From an uncultured virus (IMG/VR IMGVR_UViG_3300036835_000437) (Duplodnaviria > Heunggongvirae > Uroviricota > Caudoviricetes), in IMG/VR virus record IMGVR_UViG_3300036835_000437: a DNA stretch of 64,000 bases, one strand, 5' to 3'. Each line of letters opens with the position of its first letter. The first letter of the stretch is position 1. The notes below the pieces were generated by a model. The model was not told the DNA's origin. It ran no database searches and worked only from the letters and a program-made list of their open reading frames with translations. Of the stretch, positions 17,094 to 27,799 are shown in pieces. The translations under genes were made by a program, and so were the position numbers.

Positions 17094-18089
17094 ATGGCTG
17101 ACGACGTTAATCCCTCCGCCGGGGAGAACGAGAACCTGATCGTTAACCTGGACGAAGAAGACAACCCAGGCACAACCCAGCAGGCTTCGTCGGGAGACCA
17201 CAAGCCGGCACCTGTCCCCAGCCCATCACCCCCACCGGCCGCGCAAGACGGCCTCGCCGAGCTGAACCGGCAGGTGAACGCCGAGCGCGCCGAGCGGGTG
17301 CGGGTCACCCAGATAGCCCAGACCATCGCCCGTGAGCGCGACGAGGCGATCCTGTTTGCACAGGAGGCCGAGCGCAGGGGCGTCTCGACCTACGAGCTGT
17401 ACACCGAGAACCAGATCAAGGCGGTGCAGGACAAGATGGTCGCCCTGTCCAATGGCGCCGAGCAGGCCATGGTGGACGGCGACTTCAAGCGCGCCCAGGC
17501 CCTCAACCTGGAGATCGGCCGGCTGGGCGGCAATCTCGCTGTGCTGGAGCGCGACCAAGTGGTCCTGCAGCAGCAGCGCCAGAACGCCGAGGCGGAGGCG
17601 CGGCAACGACAGCAGCGACCGCCGCAGCAACAGCAGCCGCAGCGCCCGGCGCAGCCCACCGACCCGTTTGAGCGCGCGCTCGCCGGTAAGACCCCGGCGG
17701 CCCAGGAGTTCCTGCGCAAGCACCCGGAACTCGTGCGGAGCGACGGCACCATCAAGCGCAGCGCCTTGGACGCCCACGAGCGTGCCCTGGATGAGGGCCA
17801 CAAGGCGGACAGCCCCGGATACTTCGATTACATCGAGAGGTCGATCATGGCACAGCAACCCGGCGGTGGGGGTAATCCCCAGCGCGGTGCTCCCAATCCC
17901 ACCATGGCAGGCGCGGCGCCCGTGGCGCGCGGAAGCGTAGGCGGTGGAGGCGGCGGCGGTAACGGCAACACCTTCGTGATGACACCCAAGATGCGGCGCC
18001 TTGCGGAGGAGCAGGGCGTCGAGCCCAGGGAGTGGGCCAAGAACTACGTGCGGCTGCTCGGCGAAGGGCGAATCACCCCCATTACCTGA
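17094..18089 (+). CDS. Putative capsid scaffolding protein
   Basis: Acidic N-terminus, long coiled coil, short C-terminal helical motif (MTPKMRRLAEEQGVEPREWAK); located upstream of the MCP. Confidence 0.7.
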   Translation: MADDVNPSAGENENLIVNLDEEDNPGTTQQASSGDHKPAPVPSPSPPPAAQDGLAELNRQVNAERAERVRVTQIAQTIARERDEAILFAQEAERRGVSTYELYTENQIKAVQDKMVALSNGAEQAMVDGDFKRAQALNLEIGRLGGNLAVLERDQVVLQQQRQNAEAEARQRQQRPPQQQQPQRPAQPTDPFERALAGKTPAAQEFLRKHPELVRSDGTIKRSALDAHERALDEGHKADSPGYFDYIERSIMAQQPGGGGNPQRGAPNPTMAGAAPVARGSVGGGGGGGNGNTFVMTPKMRRLAEEQGVEPREWAKNYVRLLGEGRITPIT

Positions 18090-18110
18090 AAGCTATAAGT
18101 GAGAGGCCAT

Positions 18111-18686
18111 ATGATCGAAGTACCCTCCCCCTTCCGAGAGGCGCCGCACGAGGGCGGCCTCGCGGGAGGTCTCGCCGCTGGCGAGCAGATACTGCGCTCC
18201 GAGGTGCATGGCGAGCTGCGCGTCGACCCCGACCGCGAACGCCGTCACCAAGGCAATGCCGCCATCGATCCCTTCGACATCTCCGACATCATGGCGAAGT
18301 ACGCGCCTACGCGCGGCGATCCCACCAAGGGCAATGTCCCCAACGAGATCGACTTCAACTGGAAGAGATTCGAAACATACGGCAAGCCCGACTACGCTGA
18401 GAGCCGGATGTACCAAGACCAGGGTTGGCGCCCGGTGCAGCACCATCACTTCCCCGGGCGGTTCGCGGCGCCCGGCACGCAGGGCCCGGTCGTGGTCAAG
18501 GACATGATCCTGATGGAACGGCCCATGCGCTTGACACTTCAGGCAAGAAGTGAGGAGATACTGGAAGCGACTCGCGCTATGCAGGTGAACCGCGAGAAAC
18601 TGGGGACGACCCCCGAGGGCCACTCCGAGCGAGTCGTTTACGCCGCGCGCACTCGGCGTGAGGCAATCTCGATCCCCGAGGAGTAA
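18111..18686 (+). CDS. Conserved head-module hypothetical protein
   Basis: FNWKR...G...GWRPV...VVVKDMILMERP pattern; synteny. Confidence 0.65.
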   Translation: MIEVPSPFREAPHEGGLAGGLAAGEQILRSEVHGELRVDPDRERRHQGNAAIDPFDISDIMAKYAPTRGDPTKGNVPNEIDFNWKRFETYGKPDYAESRMYQDQGWRPVQHHHFPGRFAAPGTQGPVVVKDMILMERPMRLTLQARSEEILEATRAMQVNREKLGTTPEGHSERVVYAARTRREAISIPEE

Positions 18687-18787
18687 TCTTCGGGTCCGCG
18701 TCCACCGCCTGGACGCTCATCACATCACCGCTCGGGCAGAGGCGAAGCTCGCCAAAGCCGGCAACCCTTGAGGAGGGGAGCCAGCTC

Positions 18788-19378
18788 ATGGCGAACATCA
18801 ATGCTCCGTTCGGATTCCGTCCCGTCCGCCGGCTCGACGGCGCCGCTTGGTCGAGCACCCACACCACTCGCAAGATGCAGAACACGGCGGGCGCCCTGAA
18901 CCGGGGCGACGTCGTGAAGGGGCTTGCCGATGGCACCGTCGCGGTGGCCGCAGCGGGCGGCGCCGGCACCAGCCTCGGTATCTTCGTCGGCTGCCACTAC
19001 CTGCAGGCCGCGCTCGGCTATCCGATCTGGTCAAACTACTGGCCGGGATCGGGTGCGGTCGGGCTAGTCGACGCCTTCATCATCGATGATCCGCTGGTGG
19101 TGTTTGAGGTGATGGCTGCGACAGGGCCGATCACCCTGGCCAATGTCGGTGACAACGCCGACTTCGTCGTCAACCCCTCCACCACCGGGTTCTCGAAGTG
19201 GGCACTGGCCACCCCAGCCGTTGCCGCCGGCAGTGACGTGCTGCCGTTCAAGGTTGTCGCTGTCGGTAATTACGGCGTGCCTGTCGGCGAGAACGGCTAC
19301 GACGCCTCGGCGGCAAACAACATCGTTGAAGTGGCCTGGAACACCCAGGCGTACAAGACCGTCGCGCTCAACGCCTAA
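18788..19378 (+). CDS. Putative capsid decoration/minor head protein
   Basis: MANINAPFGFRP...GDVV...GIFVGC.Y...DDP..VFEV; immediately upstream of the MCP; strong RBS. Confidence 0.7.
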   Translation: MANINAPFGFRPVRRLDGAAWSSTHTTRKMQNTAGALNRGDVVKGLADGTVAVAAAGGAGTSLGIFVGCHYLQAALGYPIWSNYWPGSGAVGLVDAFIIDDPLVVFEVMAATGPITLANVGDNADFVVNPSTTGFSKWALATPAVAAGSDVLPFKVVAVGNYGVPVGENGYDASAANNIVEVAWNTQAYKTVALNA

Positions 19379-19405
19379 CGGCGCGCGAGCTGAAGGAGAA
19401 GGCTC

Positions 19406-20317
19406 ATGGCTATTGATATGGCATCGATCAAGAACGAGCTATTCCCCGGCTTGGCCGCTGTGGAAGGTCGTTACAAGAAGATCGAGACCAAGTGGTCTCG
19501 CCTCTTCGAGAAGCGCACATCCAAGATGGCGCTGGAGCGCCGCACCCAGATGGCGTATCTGCCGCTCGCGCGTGAGAAGGGCGAGGGCGCCAGCACCTAC
19601 TTCGATGAGAGAGCCGGCGAGCGCTGGATGTACAGCGCCGAGATGCGAGAGCTGAGCCTCGGCTATATCATCACGAGGCGCGCCGTGGAGGACAACCAGT
19701 ACAAGGCGGAGTTCAACCCCTCCAACCTTGGCCTCCAGGACGTGTTCGCGACGACGAAGGAGATATACGCCGCGAACATCTTCAACACCGGCACGATATT
19801 CGATCAGACTGTTGGTGGTGACCAGAAGGCGCTCTTCGCGGTTGACCACCCCACCGACTCTGGAAGTGTCGGCAACCGGCCGGCAGCCGACATCGACCTC
19901 AACGAGAGTTCGTTGCTGACGGCGATGACCGTCATCCGCAACAACTGGGTCGATGAGCGCAACATCAAGATCAGTGCACGGGCCGAGCTGGTGGCGGTGC
20001 CGGCGGCGTTGGAGCAGGTGATCGTCCGGCTTCTCCGTACCGAGCTACGGCCGGGCACCAACGACAACGACGTCAATGCCATCCAGCACGTCGGTGGCGG
20101 GCTGCGCGACTATATCGTCAACGAGTTCTTCACTTCGAACTTCGCGTGGTTCATCAAGACCGACAAGCGCGGGCTGATCTATTACGACCGTGTCCCATTC
20201 GAGATGGACATGTACGTCGACTTTGACACCGACAACCTCAAGGTCAAGGGACGCGAGCGCTACGCCTTTAGTTACTTCGATTGGCGCGGAGTGTACGGGT
20301 CCTACCCGACCAGCTGA
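19406..20317 (+). CDS. Major capsid protein (HK97 fold)
   Basis: 303 aa; KNELFPGL, KGEG, LGYIITRRAVEDNQY, TKEIYAANIFN, GDQKALF..DHP, DFDTDNLKVKGRERY.F...DWRG.YGS. Confidence 0.9.
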   Translation: MAIDMASIKNELFPGLAAVEGRYKKIETKWSRLFEKRTSKMALERRTQMAYLPLAREKGEGASTYFDERAGERWMYSAEMRELSLGYIITRRAVEDNQYKAEFNPSNLGLQDVFATTKEIYAANIFNTGTIFDQTVGGDQKALFAVDHPTDSGSVGNRPAADIDLNESSLLTAMTVIRNNWVDERNIKISARAELVAVPAALEQVIVRLLRTELRPGTNDNDVNAIQHVGGGLRDYIVNEFFTSNFAWFIKTDKRGLIYYDRVPFEMDMYVDFDTDNLKVKGRERYAFSYFDWRGVYGSYPTS

Positions 20318-20370
20318 GCAAACGTCGGCACTTACACGAGAGTGCCGACATTCACTTCGGGGAGGGATTG

Positions 20371-20598
20371 ATGGCGCGTCCGCCCAGTGGTCCGATTGGC
20401 AACTCTCCCCGCGATCTGCGCGATGACTTCGTTGGAGACGCCGCCGACCCGTGCAAGGGCGGCGCGATCCCAACCAAGACGCGCGGTCCTACGCGCGTCA
20501 CCGGTAACTCGTTCCACGCAAAGGTGAGCGGCAAGACGCCCGGCAAGCGCGCCGATCGCGAGCCCCACTTCAGGCGGGGAGGCTTCGTGCGCCGATGA
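20371..20598 (+). CDS. Small basic protein ending in FRRGGFV
   Basis: GGAGG RBS; ATGA-coupled to the next gene. Confidence 0.55.
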   Translation: MARPPSGPIGNSPRDLRDDFVGDAADPCKGGAIPTKTRGPTRVTGNSFHAKVSGKTPGKRADREPHFRRGGFVRR

Positions 20599-21719
20599 AG
20601 AAGGACGATCCCAAGAAGAAGAAGAAACTGCCGTTCTATGGCCGGGCCTACGGCGGCGCCGCGCGTCGGCGTGCCGACCGCAAGGCTTATCGCCGTGGCG
20701 GCTCGGTGAAACCCACGACCGAGCTGCTTTCTCCCAACGAGCCCAAGGCGCCCGCCAGCGGCAAGGTAGAGCAGCACTTCAAGAAAGGTGGCGTGGCCAA
20801 GCGCCAGAGTGGCGGCGTGGCTGACGCCGGTCCAGGTGAGGAGGAGCGCAGCGCCGGCATCAAGAAGCTCGCGCCCGCGATGGCGAGCGAGAGCAGGAGC
20901 GTTCCTGGTCGAGCCCGGCCTTTCGCCAACCCGCGCACGGAAACCGCCAACGTCTCGCGCTATGTGCGCCCTGACCTGAAGGAGGAGCGTGGCGGCTACC
21001 GGCGTGGCGGTGGCGTGAAGAAACGCGCCGACGGCGGGCCCTCGGACAGCGACGCCCCGACCAAGCCGCCGAGAAGCAGCAGCGTGGACGATCTCACGAC
21101 AGCCGGCCTCAAGCCGCTGCTCCCTGCCCTGGGTGCGGGCGATCTGAGCGCCGGTCTCGGCGCTGGAGCCGCTCCTCCCATGGCAGCTGCGGGTACGCCT
21201 GGAGGTGCGCCAGGACCGGTGCCGGCTTCGATTCCCTCTCCACCCACCCCGCCGTTGACCCCCGGGGTTCCCGGGATGCGGCGTGGCGGCGGCGTGAAGA
21301 AACGCCAGAGCGGCGGTGACGTGCGCGAGCCGCGCGGCGGCTTCAAGCCGCCAGACAAGCCGACCAGCTGGCCGTCCGATCTGAAACCGCCGCCTCGGGG
21401 TGGGGCTCAGGTGCCTAACCTCGGTGAGTTGGAGAAGGACGTCAAACAGCCCGGTATTGGCTCGGCCGTCGACTGGGCGAAGAAGAAGCTCGGTTACAAG
21501 GACGGTGGCCGGCTCACAGCTGCCCAGCGCCAGTCTCTCCCCAAGTCCGACTTTGCCCTGCCTGGAAGAGGTTCGGGCCCAAAGGGGGCTGGCTCTGGGT
21601 CCTACCCGATCCCGGATCGCTCGCACGCTGCCAATGCGCTGGCGCGCTCCTCGGGCAAGCCGGTGGCGGCCCAGGTGCGTGCCAAGGTCAAGGCCAAGTA
21701 CCCCGACATGGGGGATTGA
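20595..21719 (+). CDS. Basic low-complexity protein with about 8 xxxGGxV motifs and a C-terminal LPKSDFALP...YPIPD..HA.NALAR domain
   Basis: Motifs visible directly; the C-terminal domain resembles a small conserved phage domain (DUF6582-like). Confidence 0.7.
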   Translation: MKKDDPKKKKKLPFYGRAYGGAARRRADRKAYRRGGSVKPTTELLSPNEPKAPASGKVEQHFKKGGVAKRQSGGVADAGPGEEERSAGIKKLAPAMASESRSVPGRARPFANPRTETANVSRYVRPDLKEERGGYRRGGGVKKRADGGPSDSDAPTKPPRSSSVDDLTTAGLKPLLPALGAGDLSAGLGAGAAPPMAAAGTPGGAPGPVPASIPSPPTPPLTPGVPGMRRGGGVKKRQSGGDVREPRGGFKPPDKPTSWPSDLKPPPRGGAQVPNLGELEKDVKQPGIGSAVDWAKKKLGYKDGGRLTAAQRQSLPKSDFALPGRGSGPKGAGSGSYPIPDRSHAANALARSSGKPVAAQVRAKVKAKYPDMGD

Positions 21720-21839
21720 TACCCGTGTGGCCCGTCCCGCACACGATGCTCCACACGGGATAGGGGAGGCTGGACCCGTTACTAGGCCCTCCCCCTGGCG
21801 TACGGCGAGGTCCAGCCTCTCCGCTAGATGTGAGGGAAC

Positions 21840-22091
21840 ATGGTCGCCCCGACGAATGCACTGCCGATCCAGGATCAGGGCGCTGTTCCCTTTGCGCAGG
21901 TTGCCGCGCTGCCGGTAATCCTGGTCGTCGCAGGGGTGCAGCCGTTAGCGCCGGTCAATATCCAGCCGGTCAGGGTGTTCCCCAACGACGGCTCCTATCC
22001 GATCGCTCCGGTGCAGCCGCAGTACGCCTCGTACGTGGCAGGTGGGCCGCTCGCGCCCGTCATGCCCATTCCCATCGTGGTCGTGGGGTGA
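21840..22091 (+). CDS. Pro/Val-rich small virion protein
   Basis: GAGGG RBS; internal PV/PI repeats. Confidence 0.5.
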   Translation: MVAPTNALPIQDQGAVPFAQVAALPVILVVAGVQPLAPVNIQPVRVFPNDGSYPIAPVQPQYASYVAGGPLAPVMPIPIVVVG

Positions 22092-22093
22092 GC

Positions 22094-22801
22094 ATGACCG
22101 CCGGCACCAACACCAGCAGGACTTACGACTTCGCCCCCTCGCTCGCCGACGTGGTGATGACCGCCTATGGCCGCTGCGGCATTCGTCGCACCGCGCTGAC
22201 GCCCGAGCATCTGCACGATGCGGCGATGGAGGCCAACCTCCTTCAGAGCGAGTGGTCGAACAACCAAGTGAACCTCTGGACCGTCGACCTGCAAAGCATT
22301 CCGCTGGTGCCCGGTAAAGCTAAGTACGACGTCGATCCGACGACGGTGATGATCCTCGGCAGCTATATCGCCACCGGCAATGCGCCCGAGAAAGACCGTC
22401 TGATCACCAGCGTTGACCGCGACACCTACGCTGCGTTTCCCGACAAGACTTCGCCGGGCACGCCGACGCAGTACTGGTACGACGCCCAGATTCTTCCCAC
22501 GATTACGCTCTGGCAGCCGCCCGACGACGGCGGGCCCTATACGCTCAAGTTCTACCGCGCGCGGCAGATACAGGATGCGCTGATCCCCGATGGTCTGGAG
22601 CCCGAGGTGCCCTATCGGTTCCTCGATGCCTATGTCGGCGGTCTGGCGTGGCGGCTGGCGGTGCACTACGCGCCGGCCAAGGCGAACGATCTCAAGGCAC
22701 TGGCGAAGGAGAGCTTCGATACAGCGAAGAACCGCGACGTTGAGAAGAGTTCGCTGCGCATCGTGCCGGCGATGAGCATCTACACCAACGCTGTGTATTG
22801 A
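22094..22801 (+). CDS. Head-tail adaptor/connector protein
   Basis: AYGRCG...NLLQSEWSN.QVNLWT...GTPTQYW...WQPPD...PYRFLDAYVGGLA.RLA; synteny. Confidence 0.7.
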   Translation: MTAGTNTSRTYDFAPSLADVVMTAYGRCGIRRTALTPEHLHDAAMEANLLQSEWSNNQVNLWTVDLQSIPLVPGKAKYDVDPTTVMILGSYIATGNAPEKDRLITSVDRDTYAAFPDKTSPGTPTQYWYDAQILPTITLWQPPDDGGPYTLKFYRARQIQDALIPDGLEPEVPYRFLDAYVGGLAWRLAVHYAPAKANDLKALAKESFDTAKNRDVEKSSLRIVPAMSIYTNAVY

Positions 22802-22802
22802 T

Positions 22803-23108
22803 ATGGGCGGCTTCGCACCCAAAGGCCACGCCAAGCTCGATCCGCAGCACCCGTCTGCGTTCGCGCTCTGTGACACTTGCGGGTTCTTGTACCTGCATCG
22901 CGATCTCAAGTGGAAAGTGGAGTGGACAGGCAACGAGCTGCGGCGCACTGGGCATCTGGCGTGCCCGACCTGCTGGGATCACCCCAACTACACGCTTCGT
23001 TCGAAGACGCTTCCGCCCGACCCGGTGCCGATCCTCAACCCGCGCGGTACGGAGCAGAAGGCGACGCCGCCGGTCAACCCCGACTATGTGCCGCCGAAGA
23101 TACCGTAG
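22803..23108 (+). CDS. CxxC...CxxC hypothetical virion-module protein
   Basis: ALCDTCGF...ACPTCWD.P. Confidence 0.65.
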   Translation: MGGFAPKGHAKLDPQHPSAFALCDTCGFLYLHRDLKWKVEWTGNELRRTGHLACPTCWDHPNYTLRSKTLPPDPVPILNPRGTEQKATPPVNPDYVPPKIP

Positions 23109-23117
23109 GAGACGGAT

Positions 23118-23546
23118 GTGGCGAACGCGATCTACCCACTCTGGAAACAGGCGCTGATGCGGGAGCTGGACACCGATAAGTCGCTCGATGCCGGCGTCAT
23201 CGACAATGCCAAGGCGGTCTATGCCTCGCTGGTTACTATCGAGAGTGGCTATACCTATTCCGACGCCCACCAGTTCTACAGCGATCTCACCAACGTGGTG
23301 GTCGGGCCGGTGCTGGTGAATGGGCCGGCCGTGAACGGGAGAATCTTCTCGGGCCAGACCCTGGTGTTCACCAATGTGACCGGAACCAAGATCGGAGCGG
23401 TCGTGCTGGACCGGCACAACACGGGCGCCGCCAGCACATGGCGGCTGGTGCTCTATGAGGACAGCGGGATCGTTGGCATGCCGCTGATCCCGTCAGGTGG
23501 CAACATCATCGTGAGCTGGAACGTGCAGGGTATCTTCGGGCTATGA
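23118..23546 (+). CDS. Putative tail/virion structural protein
   Basis: MANAIYP..K...GMPLIPSGGNIIVSWN..GIF.L. Confidence 0.65.
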   Translation: MANAIYPLWKQALMRELDTDKSLDAGVIDNAKAVYASLVTIESGYTYSDAHQFYSDLTNVVVGPVLVNGPAVNGRIFSGQTLVFTNVTGTKIGAVVLDRHNTGAASTWRLVLYEDSGIVGMPLIPSGGNIIVSWNVQGIFGL

Positions 23547-23851
23547 ACGAACCGATCCAAGGTCAGCAGTTGTTTGAGCTGGTGGCCAGGGCGCTGGTCA
23601 GCGCAGGCGCCTCGCAGGAGGTGGTGCGCTCGGTAGCGATCAATCTGATCGTGAACTCGATCAGGCAGAGCGTTGGCAGGCGCAGCGAGGCCGAGGCGCG
23701 CATCGATGAGCTGTTCAATGCGGCGAAGACCATCCTGCTGGAAGGGCACTACGACAGCGTGACTGGGAATCGTCGCAGCGTCATACCGTTCACCCAGGTC
23801 GTGCAGATGCCGTTCCACAGTGAGAACAGCGTCATCTTCCATGGAAAGTGA
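23543..23851 (+). CDS. Hypothetical protein
   Basis: ATGA-coupled ORF. Confidence 0.55.
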   Translation: MNEPIQGQQLFELVARALVSAGASQEVVRSVAINLIVNSIRQSVGRRSEAEARIDELFNAAKTILLEGHYDSVTGNRRSVIPFTQVVQMPFHSENSVIFHGK

Positions 23852-23854
23852 TGG

Positions 23855-24208
23855 ATGCAGCCGGCAAACCTTCCGTTGGAGCTATACCGTGGCGATAGCA
23901 TGCGGATGCGGTTCACGCTGCTGGATCAACAGCAGCAGCCGGTGGACCTGACCGGTGTTATTGCCAAGGCCGAGATTCGCGACCGTCCGGCCGGCGACAA
24001 GATCACACCGCTGACCTGCATAATCACGCTTCCCAATCTCATCGATCTGATCCTGGAGGCCATCGACAGCGAGGGGCTGCCCGTTAGTGGGGTGTGGGAC
24101 CTGCAGCTGACCTATAGCTCGGGCGAGGTGAAGACCCCGTTGGCGGGGCAGGTCTCGGTCACCCCGGATGTGACGGACAGCACGCCGCATCCCGCTCTCC
24201 ATCCGTGA
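23855..24208 (+). CDS. BppU-N-like virion adaptor domain protein
   Basis: LELYRGDS...PVDLTG..AKAEIR...[23 protein letters not shown]. Confidence 0.65.
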   Translation: MQPANLPLELYRGDSMRMRFTLLDQQQQPVDLTGVIAKAEIRDRPAGDKITPLTCIITLPNLIDLILEAIDSEGLPVSGVWDLQLTYSSGEVKTPLAGQVSVTPDVTDSTPHPALHP

Positions 24209-24216
24209 GGCGGCCG

Positions 24217-26166
24217 ATGAGCGAAACTGTCGAGATCGTCAACATCGAGGTCACGGCGCTCCAGGTCACGGCTGACCTTATCTTCTCACCGCTCTCGGAC
24301 ATCGCCGTCGAGATGAACGAGGTGGCAGTGCAGGGGCCGCCTGGGCCGATCGGGCCGATGGGGCCTGTTGGTCCCCAAGGGGCTCAAGGCAACCTGGGCC
24401 CGCCTGGGCCGCCCGGTGCGCAAGGCCCGATTGGCTTGCAGGGGCCGCAGGGTGCCGCCAGCACGGTGCCGGGACCGGCAGGAGATACCGGGCCGCCGGG
24501 GCCGCAGGGCGACCAGGGTGCCGCCAGCACCGTGCCTGGGCCGGCAGGAGCAACAGGGCCGGCCGGTGCCACCGGGGCGACCGGGGCGCCGGGTACGCCA
24601 GGAGCCACCGGGACGGCCGGCAAGAATGCCTTCACCACCATAACGAACTCGTTCACGGTGCCGGCGGTCGGTGCCAGTGCCACCGTCAACGTGGCGGATG
24701 CCAGCTGGGCAGTTATCGGCGAGATGATATGGCTGGAGACCGCGCAGGATGCCAGCAATGCCGGCCCACTGAAGATCACCAACATCGCCGGCAACACGCT
24801 TACCCTGCAGAACGTGGCGACGGGTGGACCGTTCCAGCCCCAAGATGCTGAGCTGTCGGCGATTGCCGCGCTGACCAGCGCTGCCGATCAGCTGCCCTAC
24901 TTCACCGGCAGCGGCGCGGCGGCGCTGACCACACTCACGGCAGCCGCGCGCACGGTGCTGGATGACGCGACTGTCGCGGCGATGCTGGCCACCATGGGCG
25001 GCTATCCGACCACGGGCGGCACGCTGACCGGCGACGTGATCATCAGCAAAGCCACGCCTTCACTGGAGTTGCGTAAGACTGCCGATACGCAGTTCGCCTC
25101 CATCTATGGCCGCAATGGCGCGAACGTCCGCTGGTCAGAGTGGCTGGGAGACAACACCGCTGAGGCTGGTGCAGACGCTGGATCGAACTTCCTGCTCAAC
25201 AGCTACACCGATGCTGGAGCATTCAAGGCCACGGTCTTGCAGTTTCTGCGCTCGACGGGTCTAGGCACCGTACTTGGTGATCCGACTGCCGCGCTCGGTA
25301 TCGCAACGAAACAATACGTTGACGCGCGAACTATCGCTACGCTCGTGCCCGGTTCCGGTCGGTTGGTTTATTCCAGCGCGACACAACTGCTGTTCACGCC
25401 GTTCGCCGGCAACAAGATCAAGACCAACGGTCAGGTCGTCACCATCCCCAATGCAGGGATGAGTTGCCCGAATACCAATGTCTGGGTGAACAACACACCT
25501 AACCAGAACCTCGCTGCCAATACGACCTATTGGTTGTTTGCTTGGTACACCGGCGGCAATCTCATTCCGCACTTCTGGACGACGGCGGCCGGCCTCACCG
25601 CTCCCTATCATGCCCCGAGCACGACGGCGGGCAACGAGGGTGTCGAGACTTGGTACAACGGCACGTTCCTCGACAACTACACCCTGATTGGGCTCGTTCG
25701 CACCAACGCCTCGTCGCAGTTTGTTGATACCAGTGCAGTGCGCGGCGTGCTCAGTTGGTTCAACCGCCGGCCGCGCGTGGCGCAGGGCAAGTTCACTGCC
25801 AACCGCTCGACCTCATCGGCCACTATGGTCGAGATCAACAGCGAGATTGCGGTCGGGTTTCTCACTTGGGCCGATTGTGCGGTTCCGCTGCATACTTCCG
25901 GCTCGGCATCCAATAGCGGCGCCGCCACGGGCTTCACCCAGATTGCCGTCGATGGCTCGCTAGTTGAGGGCATGGCCACAATGACCTCTGCAGCGGGAAA
26001 CTATTCGGGTTCGATCGGCATGACGGCAGCGCTCGGTGGCCTGAATGCCGTGACCGAGGGCTACCATACCGCAACCCTGTACGGCTCCACGAATGGTGGC
26101 ACTCAGACTTGGAGTGGCAATAGCAACACACTTGCCACCACTCTGACTGCGCAGATCATGGGATGA
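24217..26166 (+). CDS. Tail fibre with collagen-like (Gly-X-Y)n segment
   Basis: [19 protein letters not shown]... repeats, [13 protein letters not shown]...LPYFTG, ATKQYVD. Confidence 0.85.
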   Translation: MSETVEIVNIEVTALQVTADLIFSPLSDIAVEMNEVAVQGPPGPIGPMGPVGPQGAQGNLGPPGPPGAQGPIGLQGPQGAASTVPGPAGDTGPPGPQGDQGAASTVPGPAGATGPAGATGATGAPGTPGATGTAGKNAFTTITNSFTVPAVGASATVNVADASWAVIGEMIWLETAQDASNAGPLKITNIAGNTLTLQNVATGGPFQPQDAELSAIAALTSAADQLPYFTGSGAAALTTLTAAARTVLDDATVAAMLATMGGYPTTGGTLTGDVIISKATPSLELRKTADTQFASIYGRNGANVRWSEWLGDNTAEAGADAGSNFLLNSYTDAGAFKATVLQFLRSTGLGTVLGDPTAALGIATKQYVDARTIATLVPGSGRLVYSSATQLLFTPFAGNKIKTNGQVVTIPNAGMSCPNTNVWVNNTPNQNLAANTTYWLFAWYTGGNLIPHFWTTAAGLTAPYHAPSTTAGNEGVETWYNGTFLDNYTLIGLVRTNASSQFVDTSAVRGVLSWFNRRPRVAQGKFTANRSTSSATMVEINSEIAVGFLTWADCAVPLHTSGSASNSGAATGFTQIAVDGSLVEGMATMTSAAGNYSGSIGMTAALGGLNAVTEGYHTATLYGSTNGGTQTWSGNSNTLATTLTAQIMG

Positions 26167-26170
26167 ACCG

Positions 26171-27400
26171 ATGACTTCAACCCCCGGTCAGGTTGTCGGC
26201 TCAGGGGCAAAGGTCTCTCCTGGCGGAGACCAGGGACCGGCTGGCTCGGCCGGGCCGCCCGGCGGCTTGGGCGAAGCGCCGACTGACGGGCAGACCTACG
26301 GGCGGAAGAGTTCGGCGTGGGCTGTGATCGCGGGCGGCGGCAACGTCTCTAACAGCGGCACGCCCGCTGTCGATCAGATCGCGCTCTGGACGAACCCTAC
26401 CACGATCAAGGGCTCGGCGTCATGGAACAACGCGCAGCTGACCGGCGCCCCCAAGATGGGCGACATGTCGCTGGGTTACCTGCAGCTGACGTACTCAGCG
26501 CCATTCATAAACATCAGCGTCGGTGGCAGCGATCCCAATGTTTATGTCCAGCTGACTTCCAAGGGCAGCGGGGGTATCTCGCTCTACACCGGCAACTTCG
26601 GTGCCCAGCAGGTTGGTGTCGAGCCGTTTGCGTCTGGTGGCGTGTATATCGGGCTGCATGGCGGTGTTGGGCAAGCCGCCAACATCCACCTTTCCGATAA
26701 CAGCCCTATAGGTATCTACAACGCTTCGCTCGGCGCCAATGGTAACGCCACCACCCAGACGGCTGGCGACAACTCCACGCTGGTAGCCACCACGGCGTTC
26801 GTGCAGGCGGCGGTGGCCGCTGCGCTGGCAGCGCAGTACTCGACCGGTGACTTGAAGCCGACACACAAGACCGCAGCCGATGCCGGCTGGATACTCTGGC
26901 GCAATGGCACCATCGGCAACGCCGGCTCGGGCTCGACGCTCTATGCCAACGCTGCGGCGCAGGCGTTGTTCACGCTGTACTACAACTCTTATAGCGATGC
27001 GAACTGTCCGTTGCAGACGAGCACGGGCGCAGCGACGACGCGCGCGGTGCAGGGCACTGCTGCAGCGGCGTGGGCTGCGCTCTGTCGCATGACGCTGCCG
27101 CTGAGTGAGGGCCGCGCGCTGGGTATTGCCGGCACGGGAGTGGGTCTGACGACCCGCACGCTCGGCAGCGCAGTCGGTGCTGAGACCGTGACGCAAACCG
27201 CCAGCACGATGGTGTCACATACTCATGGCGCCTCTGGAGCGGTCACTAACTTTATGGGGTTAGCCAACGTCGCCCAGAACAACTGGGACCCTGCTGGTGG
27301 CGCGCACCTCGCGTCGTGCGGTGTGGATTATGCAGGTGGCAGTCAACCGATGAACATCATGAATCCAACGACGTATATCAACGTGATGATCAAGCTCTGA
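26171..27400 (+). CDS. Tail fibre with C-terminal tail-collar domain
   Basis: EAPTDGQTYGRK, DNSTLVATTAFVQ, TGDLK...GW...GRALG...HTH...NIMNPT.YINVMIKL. Confidence 0.8.
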   Translation: MTSTPGQVVGSGAKVSPGGDQGPAGSAGPPGGLGEAPTDGQTYGRKSSAWAVIAGGGNVSNSGTPAVDQIALWTNPTTIKGSASWNNAQLTGAPKMGDMSLGYLQLTYSAPFINISVGGSDPNVYVQLTSKGSGGISLYTGNFGAQQVGVEPFASGGVYIGLHGGVGQAANIHLSDNSPIGIYNASLGANGNATTQTAGDNSTLVATTAFVQAAVAAALAAQYSTGDLKPTHKTAADAGWILWRNGTIGNAGSGSTLYANAAAQALFTLYYNSYSDANCPLQTSTGAATTRAVQGTAAAAWAALCRMTLPLSEGRALGIAGTGVGLTTRTLGSAVGAETVTQTASTMVSHTHGASGAVTNFMGLANVAQNNWDPAGGAHLASCGVDYAGGSQPMNIMNPTTYINVMIKL

Positions 27401-27407
27401 GGATCAG

Positions 27408-27791
27408 ATGGCTCTCACGCAGTTCTACATCTATGAACAGCAGAACCAGATTCCGGTGCCGGTGGAGTACATGCATCAGGGTTGGTTCGATGACCAAGGA
27501 TTGACGTTATCGGGGTGGTTCGATCAGGACATCGCCAACACGGTTGTGCCGCTCAACCAGTTCGAAGCACCGTTCTTCGATGATCCCGACACGTTCTTTG
27601 CCGGTCCCGACGGACCCGTGTCGTTGCCGGGTGGCCGTCCGACGTTGCCGGCCCAGTGGCAGCCGCACGTCACGGTCGAGGTGCTCCCCACCTTCTTCGA
27701 TGACCCAGACCTGTTCTTCATGCCGATGAGCATCAGGGCGCTGTTCGGGCCGGATCAGCTGCTGAGGAACGAGGTCCGCAGAATCAGATAG
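27408..27791 (+). CDS. Acidic/aromatic virion protein with FFDDPD repeats
   Basis: GWFDDQG/GWFDQD and FFDDPDTFF/FFDDPDLFF. Confidence 0.55.
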   Translation: MALTQFYIYEQQNQIPVPVEYMHQGWFDDQGLTLSGWFDQDIANTVVPLNQFEAPFFDDPDTFFAGPDGPVSLPGGRPTLPAQWQPHVTVEVLPTFFDDPDLFFMPMSIRALFGPDQLLRNEVRRIR

Positions 27792-27799
27792 GGTGACGC

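Noticed and set aside
20324..20349. Hairpin GTCGGCACT/AGTGCCGAC after the capsid gene as a terminator
   Set aside because: The stem is real but has no U-tract; it may be a stability element, so it was not called.
24330..24625. Collagen-coding DNA repeats as a non-coding array
   Set aside because: In-frame Gly-X-Y coding repeats of a tail fibre, which is ordinary.
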